A DNA stretch of 63,362 nucleotides, the filler included, from Candidatus Rokuibacteriota bacterium (GTDB lineage Bacteria > JAUVQV01 > DATDCY01), in assembly GCA_031406795.1 (NCBI GenBank). It is 7 parts of 7 records of this genome, joined end to end, with 100 filler letters (N's around TTAATTAATTAA, not from the genome) between each part and the next. Parts side by side here need not be neighbours in the genome. Positions count along the whole stretch, not along the records: positions 1 to 14,768 come from JANOHV010000001.1; 6 more parts are not named here. One strand, given 5' to 3'. The translations under genes and the position numbers were made by a program. Below the pieces are notes generated by a model. The model had not been told where the DNA came from and did not search any database. It saw nothing but the letters and a program-made list of their open reading frames with translations. Shown in pieces: positions 1 to 9,466 of this stretch. The stretch's first letter is position 1, and the number at the start of each line of letters is the position of its first letter.

Positions 1-125
1 CGAGTTACGAGACCGCGAGCCCCGGGCACACTCCCGGGTAGGCGGCGCAGACGCACGACCGAGGGAGAACCCCCGCCCGCCTCGCGCACGGGATCGCATG
101 TTCGCCCCGCCCGCCGTGCATATGC

Positions 126-1406
126 CTAGTCCGAGAAATCACCCGCCGGGCCCTTGTCGACCGTCAGAGCCTTCGCCCGCGCGGCGATCTTCTCCGGCGT
201 CCAGCCCGCCGGGTCCTCGATCCGCGCGCTCTTCGGGCCGAGATCGTGCGAACCCGCCTTCAGGATCGCCTCGATCGCCAGCGGCGCCGTGTCGCGCGCG
301 TTGAAGACCTCGGTCAGCAGGTGGTAGGTGAACTCCTCGACCGCCTGCGCCATCCGCTCGCGCACCTCGCGCGGCTGGCCGAGCAGGATGTTCTCGAAGG
401 GCAGATTGAGCTTCTTGTAGTCGCCCTTCTTCCAGCCCTTCTCCTTCGCGAAGGCGGCCATCTTCGCCCAGACCTCCTCGGTGACGCCCTGGCCCGGGAC
501 CTTGATGAACTCGCCGCCCGCATCGAGTTCGGCGTTGCCATAGTCGTTGACCTTGACGCCCCACGAGATCATCTGCAGCGCGGTCGCGACGTTCGCCTTC
601 GTCGTGTGCGTCTCGGCGGCGATGTGCCGGAGTCGGTCGCTGCTGTTGCCCGAAGTGCCGTGCTGCGCCCCCGAGAGCTTGTACGGCGCGACCGTCCGGT
701 GGATCTGGGAGGTCAGGTCGACCTGGATCCCCGCGGAGGAAGCCTCGATGCCGTGAGTCGTTCCGTTATTGAGAGCGATCCAGTCCGGGCTGATCCCGTG
801 CGCGTTGAGGCCCTGGATCAGGAAGAGCGCCTCCTCCTTGTTCGAGAGCCCCTCCTTGCCCTTGATCTCACCCTGCTCGGTCTCGAGTCCGGCCCAGGCC
901 GGCACGTAGTTGTTCAGTTCGATGCTCGCCAGCAGGTTCTTGTCGTCCGGCATGTGGCTCGCGTCGATTGCGATCGACGTCGTGCCCGCGTCGAACATCG
1001 ACGGGATCTCGACCCGCGCCTTCTCGACGTCGGCGTCGCCTTTGATGCCGTAGTGGTCGGCATGCACGGCCACCGGCACCGTGACCCCCAGTTCGTTGGC
1101 GCAGGCGTCGACGAAGGTCGCCAGGTTCCAACTCGAGACCGCGCAGTAGGCGCCCGCCCCGCCCTCGGACTTGGCGATCTCGATGATGATGGCGGCGTTC
1201 GCCCGCTGGGCGGCCTTGAGCACGCCGCGGACGATGAAGACGTTGCGGGCATTCGCGGCGATCGTCATCGCCTGGCCCTTGGCGAGCATCGCGCGGTCGA
1301 TCGCCTTGCCGCTGACGATCAGCGCGCGCGAGTGGGGAAAAAGCCTGATCACGTTCGGGGGACGGCCGACCTGCAGGGCTTTGACGAAGTCCTTGGTGTT
1401 CGCCAT
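126..1406 (-). CDS. fba: Class II fructose-bisphosphate aldolase
   Basis: HADH Zn-binding motif, IAIDASH, ETEQGEI, NNGTTHG and AQHGTSG; ATG at 1406 with an upstream GGAG-type RBS. Confidence 0.9.
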   Translation of the reverse strand: MANTKDFVKALQVGRPPNVIRLFPHSRALIVSGKAIDRAMLAKGQAMTIAANARNVFIVRGVLKAAQRANAAIIIEIAKSEGGAGAYCAVSSWNLATFVDACANELGVTVPVAVHADHYGIKGDADVEKARVEIPSMFDAGTTSIAIDASHMPDDKNLLASIELNNYVPAWAGLETEQGEIKGKEGLSNKEEALFLIQGLNAHGISPDWIALNNGTTHGIEASSAGIQVDLTSQIHRTVAPYKLSGAQHGTSGNSSDRLRHIAAETHTTKANVATALQMISWGVKVNDYGNAELDAGGEFIKVPGQGVTEEVWAKMAAFAKEKGWKKGDYKKLNLPFENILLGQPREVRERMAQAVEEFTYHLLTEVFNARDTAPLAIEAILKAGSHDLGPKSARIEDPAGWTPEKIAARAKALTVDKGPAGDFSD

Positions 1407-1577
1407 GAGTTTCTCCTTGCGGCCAGAGGGCCGTCTGCGTTCAAGAATAGCGATTCGCCCGCGAGTCCACAAGGCCGGTGTACCCGTCCAAATCCGTTGC
1501 CATTTTTCCATGGTAGATTGACCTGCGTCGCCAATTCGGGCGACGCCTGAAGTTCACCATGGCTACAGGAGGCGCGG

Positions 1578-2741
1578 GTGACAAACCGGAAAAGAATCAA
1601 GGCTGCGACGCAGACCGGGGCGACCCGGCGGGAATTCCTCACCACGGCGGGGACGGCGCTGCTGGCCCTCTCCGCAGCCCAGCTCGCCGACCTTGGCGCG
1701 CTCTTCGGCGTTCCCGGCGCGCACGCCGCGGAGTTCAAGGGGACAAAAAACGTCAGCGTCGGCATCATGACCCCGTCCCACTGCGCGGCGCCCTACGTCT
1801 ATTCGGAGATCAAGGGCCTCTACGAGAAGAACGGCCTGAAGGCCGACATCGTGCTCTACCCGGGGATGCCCGAGATCGCCAAGGACCTGATCGCCGGGCG
1901 GATCCAGTTCGGCCAGCTGATGCTGCCGCTCTTTCTGGCGATCCACACCCGGGCCGGCGCCTTCAAGGAGAGCGGCGTGCCGCTGGTCACGACGCAGGCC
2001 ACCGGGATCAAGGGCGGCGCGATCACCGTGCGCAAGGAATCCGGGATCGAAAACATCGACGACCTCGCCGGCAAGAAGGTCGGCTCGCACAGCCCCTTGA
2101 GCGCCCACTACCTGCTGCTGCAGATGTTCATCAGAAAGAACATCGCGCTGAAGTCCCCGATCGAGGTCAAGATCGTTCCGCTCGAGGACATGATCCCAAG
2201 CCTGGCCCGGGGCGACATCGACGCCTTCATCATGCCCGAGCCGGTCAACGCCGTGGCCGCGCTCAGGGGGAACGGCCGGGTCATCTTCATGACCAGCAAG
2301 CTCTGGGCGAATCACCCGTGCTGCATGCTCTCGACGACCGGCGCCTTCGCGGAGGGCAATCCCGGGACCGTGCGGGCGATGAGCCTCTCCCTCGCCGAAG
2401 CCTGCATCTTCGCCGACAAGCCCGAGAATCGCGCGGCGTTCATCGACGCGATCGCGACGAGCCCGGGCTACGCCAAGGTCCCGCGGCCGGTTCTGAACCT
2501 GGCGCTCGAGTCGGGCCGCGCCGACCACTTCCCGTTCCCCTACAAGAGCTCGGCGCGGGTGGTGGGGGACTTCATGAAGTCTCTGAAGATGCTCCCCGAG
2601 GGGGTGACGCCGGCGCAGATCGTCTCGGGGATCGACTCGACGTATGTCCGCGAGGCGCTCAGGGCCGCCGGCATGAACGCCGACCTGCCGGACTACCGCA
2701 CCGAACGCGTCCTCGGCGAGGATTTGAAATTCGAAGGGTAA
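1578..2741 (+). CDS. CmpA/NrtA-like ABC transporter substrate-binding protein with a Tat signal
   Basis: TRREFL twin-arginine motif, DLAGKKVG, IDAFIMPEP and LWANHPCC; GGAGG RBS before the GTG start. Confidence 0.8.
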   Translation: MTNRKRIKAATQTGATRREFLTTAGTALLALSAAQLADLGALFGVPGAHAAEFKGTKNVSVGIMTPSHCAAPYVYSEIKGLYEKNGLKADIVLYPGMPEIAKDLIAGRIQFGQLMLPLFLAIHTRAGAFKESGVPLVTTQATGIKGGAITVRKESGIENIDDLAGKKVGSHSPLSAHYLLLQMFIRKNIALKSPIEVKIVPLEDMIPSLARGDIDAFIMPEPVNAVAALRGNGRVIFMTSKLWANHPCCMLSTTGAFAEGNPGTVRAMSLSLAEACIFADKPENRAAFIDAIATSPGYAKVPRPVLNLALESGRADHFPFPYKSSARVVGDFMKSLKMLPEGVTPAQIVSGIDSTYVREALRAAGMNADLPDYRTERVLGEDLKFEG

Positions 2742-2774
2742 GCCCGTGCTGCCCGAGTGACCCGGGCTGACGGG

Positions 2775-3260
2775 TTACGGGATGACGACCCGGAGAAGGG
2801 CCGCGATGTCGGCCAGTTCCTGGGGCGTGAACGCGCCGCCGGGAAAGGGCTTGCCCTGCTTTTCAAAGTCGCGGACATGCCCGGCCATGCGCGCGGTGAG
2901 GGCCTTCCAGTCACGGGCGCCCGGTTTGTCGCCGACCACCCGCGTCAGCTCGTGGCAGCCGGCGCACCGGGTGGCGAAAGTCGAGCGCGCGCTGAGGTAG
3001 CGGAGGACCAGCGGACGCTGCTCGGCGTTGAGCGGGGTCCCGTAGGCGACCATCCGCTTGAGAATCGGCTCCCAGGCGGCCGCGTCGCGGCTCGGCGCAA
3101 GGGCCCGGTCGAGCCCGTGGCAGAGTTTGCAGGACTTCTCGAACAGTTCCCGACCGGTCTTCATCGCGACGACGGGGTCGGAGACAGCCTGTTGGGCAAC
3201 AGCCGGCGCAGCCGCGGCCAACAGGATTGCCGCGGTCGCCAGCAACGTTCGTACTCCCAT
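2775..3260 (-). CDS. Periplasmic di-haem c-type cytochrome
   Basis: Signal peptide and two CxxCH motifs (CKLCH, CAGCH), each followed by a W-x5-RM motif. Confidence 0.8.
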   Translation of the reverse strand: MGVRTLLATAAILLAAAAPAVAQQAVSDPVVAMKTGRELFEKSCKLCHGLDRALAPSRDAAAWEPILKRMVAYGTPLNAEQRPLVLRYLSARSTFATRCAGCHELTRVVGDKPGARDWKALTARMAGHVRDFEKQGKPFPGGAFTPQELADIAALLRVVIP

Positions 3261-3273
3261 GTGTTCCTTCCTC

Positions 3274-4122
3274 CTAACTGACGATGGCGGTGGCTTTTTC
3301 ATCGAAGGGGTTCGTCCGGATCGCCAGCGAAAAGAGATACGGGTAGTTGCGCTTGAGGTGGTGGAGATAATCGAGCCACTGGTGCACCAGCAGTCCGTAG
3401 ATGCGCTTGACGTCCCCGGCCAGGTGCGCCTGATCGGTTGCCGGCAGGTCCGTCACCTTCTTGCGGTGCGTGAGCTCCTCGGTCAGGTGGAACACCGCCA
3501 GCAGCAGGTCGGTGAACAGCTCGTGCTCCTGGAGCGCCGGGTTCTCGAGCAGGCGCAGCATGAACTCGCGCCGCTGGGCGAGGATGGTCCGCAGCCGCTC
3601 GAAGTCGACCTGCGCCGCGTCCACCTGGTAATCGTAGCTGCGAATGCGCTCGGCCACGGCCCTGAACTGCGCATCCGTCCAGTCGCCATTGACGACGAGA
3701 TCGCTCTTGATCTGCTCGACGCGGGTGTCGAGGTCCGAGAAATACACCAGCAGCGTCGAACCGATCTCGGAGAAGAAGGCGCCGATCACCATGTTGAGTT
3801 TTTCCCGGCGCACGCTCCGCTCGCGGCGGTTGAGCAGCATCTCGGTCACGCTCGCCACCAGGCCGCCGAACATCCCGGTCCCGGTCAGGATGATCAGGAT
3901 CGCCATCATCTTGCCGGCGGTGCTCACGGGATGGATGTCGCCGTAGCCGACGGTCGTCACCGTGACGAAAGTGTAGTAGATGGCGTCGATGAAACTCCGC
4001 CCCTCCACGGCCATGAACGCCAGCGACCACGCGAGGATCAGCAGTGCCAGCGCAACGACGAAGAACCGCACCCGCACGACAAGGTGATCGGTCTTCTTCC
4101 GTCGTGCGCTCTTTGGCCCCAT
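3274..4122 (-). CDS. Two-TM potassium channel family protein
   Basis: TVTTVGYGD selectivity filter flanked by two hydrophobic helices. The start at 4122 is approximate. Confidence 0.85.
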   Translation of the reverse strand: MGPKSARRKKTDHLVVRVRFFVVALALLILAWSLAFMAVEGRSFIDAIYYTFVTVTTVGYGDIHPVSTAGKMMAILIILTGTGMFGGLVASVTEMLLNRRERSVRREKLNMVIGAFFSEIGSTLLVYFSDLDTRVEQIKSDLVVNGDWTDAQFRAVAERIRSYDYQVDAAQVDFERLRTILAQRREFMLRLLENPALQEHELFTDLLLAVFHLTEELTHRKKVTDLPATDQAHLAGDVKRIYGLLVHQWLDYLHHLKRNYPYLFSLAIRTNPFDEKATAIVS

Positions 4123-4268
4123 CCCGCCCCTCTCCCGCGATACGCTCAGGCCGGTCGGGGACCGGCCCAAGAACGATACCCGCGACAACCCGCAAAGGGA
4201 AGCAGTTGGGGCACGGAAACAACGCGGCGCCGGCGAGGCCGGGGACTCCGCCTGGTCCGTCGAGATAC

Positions 4269-5180
4269 TCAGTACCCCAGCCCGCGCAGCAGATCCTTCG
4301 CGGCCAGCAGCTCCTCGCGCGGGACGCTCGGGCGGATCTCCAGAATCTTGATCGCGTCTTTCGGCAGATGGCGCAGGATCGCTGTGAAGTCGGCCTCGCC
4401 CGTCCCCGGCGCGAGGTGGTCCTGCCCGCCGCGGATGTCGTGGAGGTGGATGCCCGCGAGCCGGCTGCCATAGGCTGCGAGCCACGCCTCCTGGGTCCCG
4501 ATGCCGAGCCGCTGGTGATTGAGCGCGTGCCCGACGTCGTGCCAGTAGCGGACCGCGCCGCCGTCGAACTCCCGCAGGATCAGACCCACCTCGTCGTGCA
4601 GCGGTATCTCGTGCGGGTGGAAGCGGTTCTCGATCCCGAGCAGCAACCCGCGGCGCTGCGCCTCGCGATTGAGACGCTCGACGGAGCGCAGCACGGCATC
4701 GAGATGCGGCTCGCGCAGGCGCTCGCGCGCCGCCAGGACCGCGGCCACCGCCTCCAGCAACTCCGGCGCCGGCGGCCCCTCCGCGCTCTCGAGCCGCCGG
4801 TACTCCGCGATCAGCTCCTGCTCGACGGGGACCCGCCCCAGGTGCAGCACGACCGCGCGGGCGCCGACGCGCTCCGCCGTCTCGAGCGTCGCCATGCCAA
4901 AGCGCACCGCGGTGTCGCGGTCCTGACGGTCGGGGGAGGAGAAGAGATAGGCATTCGCGCCGCTTCCCTGCGCCCCGGCGCTCACCGGGTTCGGGAAGAA
5001 GGCGTGAACGCTCAGGACGGGGACATCGCGGCCGGGGCGCTTCCCCATCTGCCGCAGCGTCTCGGGGCGCACCCGGTACTCCAGCTCGATGCCGTCGAAC
5101 TCCAGCGCGGACAACTCGTCGAGCAGCTGCGCGCCGTCATCGATCTGCTTCGAGTAATAGACACTGGATATGCCGAGCAC
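4269..5180 (-). CDS. Sugar-phosphate isomerase/epimerase (AP-endonuclease-2 TIM barrel) family protein
   Basis: LGIEN, WHDVGHA, IHLHD and DHLAPGTG metal-binding motifs. Confidence 0.8.
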   Translation of the reverse strand: MLGISSVYYSKQIDDGAQLLDELSALEFDGIELEYRVRPETLRQMGKRPGRDVPVLSVHAFFPNPVSAGAQGSGANAYLFSSPDRQDRDTAVRFGMATLETAERVGARAVVLHLGRVPVEQELIAEYRRLESAEGPPAPELLEAVAAVLAARERLREPHLDAVLRSVERLNREAQRRGLLLGIENRFHPHEIPLHDEVGLILREFDGGAVRYWHDVGHALNHQRLGIGTQEAWLAAYGSRLAGIHLHDIRGGQDHLAPGTGEADFTAILRHLPKDAIKILEIRPSVPREELLAAKDLLRGLGY

Positions 5181-5429
5181 GAATCCTCCCTCATTTAATG
5201 ATGGGAGATGTTATCAGGGTGCCGCGTGGTCCGACAACGGAAAGAGAAACTTCATGGATTGGCTGCCCGAGTCAGTCGGGAGCGTCATGATGCGTTCCGG
5301 CAAGGCAGCCGGGACAGGTGCGCGGAGGAGGGCTGGTGCCCACCGCACGCACCCCCCACTCGCTTCGCTCGCAGGTGGCAATGACGGCACCGCCGCCGGG
5401 GCGCATCAGGGCCTCCCGAATGACCCGGG

Positions 5430-5996
5430 CTAGATGAACAGCGTGACCGCGGCTTCGGAGGCGTAGCCGAGGTAGGTCCCCGCGCCGACGCACTCGACAC
5501 CGTCGATCAGATCTTCCTTCTTGATCCCCATCACGTCCATGCTCATCTGGCAGGCCAGGATCTTGACGCCGGCCTCCTGGCACATCTCGAGCAGCTCGGG
5601 GATCGACGGGACCTTCTCCTTTGCCATCCAGCTCTTCATCATCATCGTCGCCATCGCCGTCATCCCCGGCAGCACGCCGACGATACTCGGCACCACCATC
5701 GCGCCGCGCTTCATCGCCGGGTTGCCGATCGACGGAACCTGCAGGTGCTTGTTGCCCGTCTTGTGGATGATCTGCAGGCCGTAGAAGGTGAAGAAGATCG
5801 CGACTTCCATGTCCATCGCACCGGCCGTGGAGCCGAGGATCATCGGCATGTAGGCCATGTCCAGCGAACCCTTCGAGGCGACAATCGCCATGCGGTTGCG
5901 GCGCGGCGGAGCACCCGCCACCAGACCGGCGCTCTTCAGCGCCTCCTGAACGCGCTGATCGACGTACTGCTGGATCTGAGGATCGATAGTCGCCAT
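5430..5996 (-). CDS. DsrE2-type (DsrE/DsrF/DrsH-like) sulfur-relay protein
   Basis: SKGSLDMAY, FFTFYGL and ACQMSMDVMG with the conserved Cys. Confidence 0.88.
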   Translation of the reverse strand: MATIDPQIQQYVDQRVQEALKSAGLVAGAPPRRNRMAIVASKGSLDMAYMPMILGSTAGAMDMEVAIFFTFYGLQIIHKTGNKHLQVPSIGNPAMKRGAMVVPSIVGVLPGMTAMATMMMKSWMAKEKVPSIPELLEMCQEAGVKILACQMSMDVMGIKKEDLIDGVECVGAGTYLGYASEAAVTLFI

Positions 5997-6006
5997 GACG
6001 CCTCCC

Positions 6007-6258
6007 TTACTGCTTCTTGCGCAGGTAATGCTTGAAGTGCCCGGCCTCCTCGGTGTAGCCGAGGTACTCGTTGCCGGTCTTCTCGGCCCAGCTGGAGAAA
6101 TCGCTCTTCGAACCGGGGTCGGTGCCGAGAACCTCGAGCACCTGGCCGCCGCCGATGGTTTCGACGGCCTTCTTCGCCTTCAACAGCGGCATCGGACAAC
6201 CCATGCCGCGCACATCAAGGGTCTGGTCCGGCTTGACGGTCTCTTTCAGCGTGCTCAT
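6007..6258 (-). CDS. tusA: TusA family sulfur carrier
   Basis: LDVRGMGCPMP and LEVLGTDPGSKSDF motifs; 83 aa. Confidence 0.92.
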   Translation of the reverse strand: MSTLKETVKPDQTLDVRGMGCPMPLLKAKKAVETIGGGQVLEVLGTDPGSKSDFSSWAEKTGNEYLGYTEEAGHFKHYLRKKQ

Positions 6259-6296
6259 CGTATGTTCCTCCCTCTTGTTGGTTTCGCCGCGCCCGA

Positions 6297-6611
6297 TCAG
6301 CTGCGGCGAATGCAGTGAATGACTTTGACCACGTCCGGATTGGCGATCGAATAGTAGACAAGCGTCCCTTCCCGTCGACTGCCGAGTACGCCACGCATGC
6401 GCATCTGACTCAGATGCTGCGAGGTCAGCGGCTGGGTGACGCCGAGCAACTCTTTGAGTTCATTGACACTCTTCTCCCCCGACTCGAGCAGTTCGACGAT
6501 GCGCAGCCGCAAGGGATGGGCCACCGTCTTGAGAACCTCGGCGGCGCGCTCGATGCGCGCCTGGTCGATCTTCAAGTCGCATTCGTTCTTCGCCATCGAT
6601 GCCATAATCAT
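6297..6611 (-). CDS. ArsR/SmtB family transcriptional repressor
   Basis: LKTVAHPLRLRIV, TSQHL and RREGTLVYY winged-HTH motifs. The start could be 6611, 6605 or 6596. Confidence 0.88.
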   Translation of the reverse strand: MIMASMAKNECDLKIDQARIERAAEVLKTVAHPLRLRIVELLESGEKSVNELKELLGVTQPLTSQHLSQMRMRGVLGSRREGTLVYYSIANPDVVKVIHCIRRS

Positions 6612-6645
6612 GTTATTAATATATTGCAATATGGCATTTTGTCAA
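6600..6645 (-). promoter_or_regulatory. Sigma70-type promoter and probable operator of the arsR-tusA-dsrE2 operon
   Basis: Minus-strand TTGACA (6645-6640), a 16-bp spacer and TATATT (6623-6618); perfect palindrome ATATTGCAATAT (6621-6632); inverted repeat TGCCATA...TATGGCA (6600-6636). Confidence 0.6.
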
Positions 6646-6761
6646 CGACCTTTTTTCCCACACTTCGCCCCCGCGGGCCGCAGCCAGCGTCCAGGAATCA
6701 CCGAGAACGGTATAATGGCGGCCGTGAACACCCTGACTGCCGGCCACCTCGCGAAGCTGCC

Positions 6762-7946
6762 GTGAGTTCCCCGCGCGCGCAGATAGCCGTTTTCTTCCTC
6801 GTCGCCACCGCCATCTACGGCGGCGTGCACGCCTACCTCTGGTGGAAGGTCACCCGCCAACTCGGGCTGCGCTGGCCGGCGGCGCTCACCCTCGGCCTGT
6901 TTTTCGCCCTGATGGTCGTCGCCCCTTTTCTCGGGAGGTTGCTGCGGGATGGGTCGGCACTCGTCAACGCAGCGGAACTGCTCACTTTTCTCTGGATGGG
7001 GGTCGCCTTCTACCTGTTCGCGCTCAATCTTGCCGCCGACTTTTGGAACCTGCTGGCGGCCCTCGCGCGGGCGATCGCCCCGGTTGCCGGCCTTTCGGCC
7101 CTCGGCGGCCCGCGCCTTTTCTGGGGGATCGCCGCGGCGACGACGCTCATCGTCGGCTGGGCGGCGATCGAAGCCGCGAACGTGCGCATCCGCCGTGTCC
7201 CGGTTCCGACTGCGAGGCTCGCCCCGGGGACACCCCCGATCCGGATCGTCCAGGTTTCGGACGTCCACCTCGGCCTCCTGATCGGCAGGCGGCGGCTCGG
7301 CGGCATCCTCGAGCGCGTCCGCGAGGCCCGGCCCGATATGCTAGTGGCCACCGGGGACATGCTCGACGCCGTCGGCGACCACCTGGAACCGCTCGCGGCG
7401 ATGTGGCGCGAGGTGACGCCGCGGCTGGGCAAGTTCGCGGTGACCGGCAATCACGAGTATTACACGGGGATCCCGGGGGCGCTGGCATTCCTCGAGGGGG
7501 CGGGGTTTCGGGTTCTGCGGGATGAGACGCTCGTGATTCCCGGGGTAGCCAACCTCGTCGGGAAGGAATACCGGGCGCCCGGGAGGCTGACCGGCTCTCC
7601 GGTTCGACTCCGCCCCCTGAGCGAGCTGATGCGCGAAGGTGACCCCGCACTCTTCACGCTGCTGCTCAAGCACGTGCCGAGCGATTTCGAAGAGGAAGCG
7701 GCGCCCCTCGGCGTCGGTCTGCAGCTCTCGGGGCACACCCACGACGGCCAGATCTTCCCCTTCCGTTGGCTGGTGCGCCTCTCGTTCCGCCACGTTGCCG
7801 GACTCTACCGGCAGGGGGAGAGCCTGCTCTACGTCAGCCGCGGCACCGGGACCTGGGGGCCACCGTTGCGCTTCCTCGCGCCACCGGAAGTGACGGTGTT
7901 CGAACTGGTCCCGGCCGGGCACCCGCCGCGAAACGGGAGGGGCTGA
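6762..7946 (+). CDS. Membrane-anchored metallophosphoesterase (YkuE/YaeI-like)
   Basis: N-terminal TM helices followed by SDVH, ATGD, GNHEYY and LSGHTHDGQ calcineurin-like motifs; GTG start at 6762. Confidence 0.88.
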   Translation: MSSPRAQIAVFFLVATAIYGGVHAYLWWKVTRQLGLRWPAALTLGLFFALMVVAPFLGRLLRDGSALVNAAELLTFLWMGVAFYLFALNLAADFWNLLAALARAIAPVAGLSALGGPRLFWGIAAATTLIVGWAAIEAANVRIRRVPVPTARLAPGTPPIRIVQVSDVHLGLLIGRRRLGGILERVREARPDMLVATGDMLDAVGDHLEPLAAMWREVTPRLGKFAVTGNHEYYTGIPGALAFLEGAGFRVLRDETLVIPGVANLVGKEYRAPGRLTGSPVRLRPLSELMREGDPALFTLLLKHVPSDFEEEAAPLGVGLQLSGHTHDGQIFPFRWLVRLSFRHVAGLYRQGESLLYVSRGTGTWGPPLRFLAPPEVTVFELVPAGHPPRNGRG

Positions 7947-8030
7947 ACCCCTCCCCTACGAACGGCCGGACCCGGTGTCACGCGATGGGCGACAATGGGA
8001 TGTCGTAGGGGCGGGGTTGATCCCCGCCCG
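7937..8030. repeat. Inverted pair of GTAG-type REP palindromes
   Basis: GGGAGGGGCTGAACCCCTCCCCTAC ... GTAGGGGCGGGGTTGATCCCCGCCC; the same family recurs at 12836, 12955, 15116 and 55390-55580. Confidence 0.75.
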
Positions 8031-8122
8031 AATCCCGATGGAGGCAGGGAACGATGGCCGGGTGAGGACCGGTGGTTATTGCCTGCATTGTCCGGTTGCG
8101 GAGGATGTGGTTAGATACCGCA

Positions 8123-8770
8123 ATGACGACTGCCATGCACCAACCCCGCTCCGATGCGGATACCGACCCGCTTGCCGCGCCGGATTACGGCACGTTTGCC
8201 CGGCGACTGCGCGACTCGGGCTGCCGGCGCTGCGCCCTCGCCGCCGCGCGCACGAACATCGTCGTCGACCGCGGAGACCCGGCTGCGGGCATCATGGCCA
8301 TCGGCGAGGGCCCCGGCGAGCAGGAAGACCTCGCGGGACGGGCCTTTGTCGGCCGCGCGGGGCGGGTGCTCGATGAACTGCTCCGCGCCGTCGGTCTCGA
8401 CCCGGAGCGCCACCTGCTGATCGCGAACGTCGTCAAGTGCCGCCCCCCCGGCAATCGCGTGCCGCACCTCGACGAGGTCGCGGCCTGCCGCCCGTACCTG
8501 CACCGCCAGATGGAACTGGTGCGGCCGCACACGGTGCTGCTGCTCGGGGCCACGGCGCACCGCCACTTCGTTCCCGCGCAGAAGTCGTTTGCGATGGAGC
8601 GGGAGGTCGGACGCCGGTTCGCGCTGGCGGCCTGGCCGGAGACGAGTTTCTACACCCTGTATCACCCGGCGTACCTGCTGCGCTCGCCGGGCAAGAAGCC
8701 GCTGGCGCTCGGGCACCTCCAGCGGGTTCGGGAGCAGATCGAATCGCAGGGGCACTGGCCCGTGGTATAG
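8123..8770 (+). CDS. udg: Family 4 uracil-DNA glycosylase (4Fe-4S)
   Basis: CRRC, IGEGPG, FVGRAG, NVVKCRPP and YHPAYLLR motifs. Confidence 0.92.
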   Translation: MTTAMHQPRSDADTDPLAAPDYGTFARRLRDSGCRRCALAAARTNIVVDRGDPAAGIMAIGEGPGEQEDLAGRAFVGRAGRVLDELLRAVGLDPERHLLIANVVKCRPPGNRVPHLDEVAACRPYLHRQMELVRPHTVLLLGATAHRHFVPAQKSFAMEREVGRRFALAAWPETSFYTLYHPAYLLRSPGKKPLALGHLQRVREQIESQGHWPVV

Positions 8771-8850
8771 TAGCCGGGATAGCGATCCGGGCGGCGCGCC
8801 GCCACGGGGCGCGCACCGTTGAACGATCAGACACGAAAGGAGATCCACCC

Positions 8851-9435
8851 ATGATGCGCACCATCCTGTTGCTTGCCGCCAGCCTGCTCACCGTCGGCGC
8901 CGCCGCCGCATTCGCCGCTCCCAAGGTTTCCAAGCCGACCCCCCCGACCAAGGAGGAGATCGCCAAGTACGCCACCGCCAGGGCGACGATCACCACCAAG
9001 TTCGGCAAGATCGTCGTCAAGTTCTTCCCGGACCTGGCGCCGATGCACGTCAAGAATTTCATCTCGCTGGCCGAGGCCGGCTTCTACAACGGGACACCCT
9101 TTCACCGCGTGATCCCCGGGTTCATGATCCAGGGCGGCGACCCGAGCGGCAACGGCACCGGCGGTCCCGGCTATACCATTCCCGCGGAATTCTCCCAAAC
9201 CAAGAAGCACGCCCCCGGCATCCTCTCGATGGCGCGCACGAGCGACCCGAACAGCGCCGGTTCGCAGTTCTTCGTCATGGTGGCGCCCTCCACGCACCTG
9301 GACGGCCAGTACTCGATCTTCGGCGAAGTCGTCGAGGGCATGGACGCCGTGAACAAGATCGTGGCATCGCCGCGCGACCGCAGCGACAAGCCGCTGGAGC
9401 GGGTCGACATGGTCGAGGTCAAAGTCACGTACTAA
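8851..9435 (+). CDS. Exported cyclophilin-type peptidyl-prolyl isomerase
   Basis: Signal peptide, FHRVIPGFMIQGGDP, SAGSQFF and HLDGQYSIFG. Confidence 0.93.
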   Translation: MMRTILLLAASLLTVGAAAAFAAPKVSKPTPPTKEEIAKYATARATITTKFGKIVVKFFPDLAPMHVKNFISLAEAGFYNGTPFHRVIPGFMIQGGDPSGNGTGGPGYTIPAEFSQTKKHAPGILSMARTSDPNSAGSQFFVMVAPSTHLDGQYSIFGEVVEGMDAVNKIVASPRDRSDKPLERVDMVEVKVTY

Positions 9436-9466
9436 GCCCGCGCACCAGGAATCAGGAGGGGGACCC

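Noticed and set aside
4123..4268. c-di-AMP (ydaO) riboswitch upstream of the K+ channel
   Set aside because: GC-rich hairpins are present but I could not find the conserved riboswitch motifs; an Rfam/Infernal scan would settle it.
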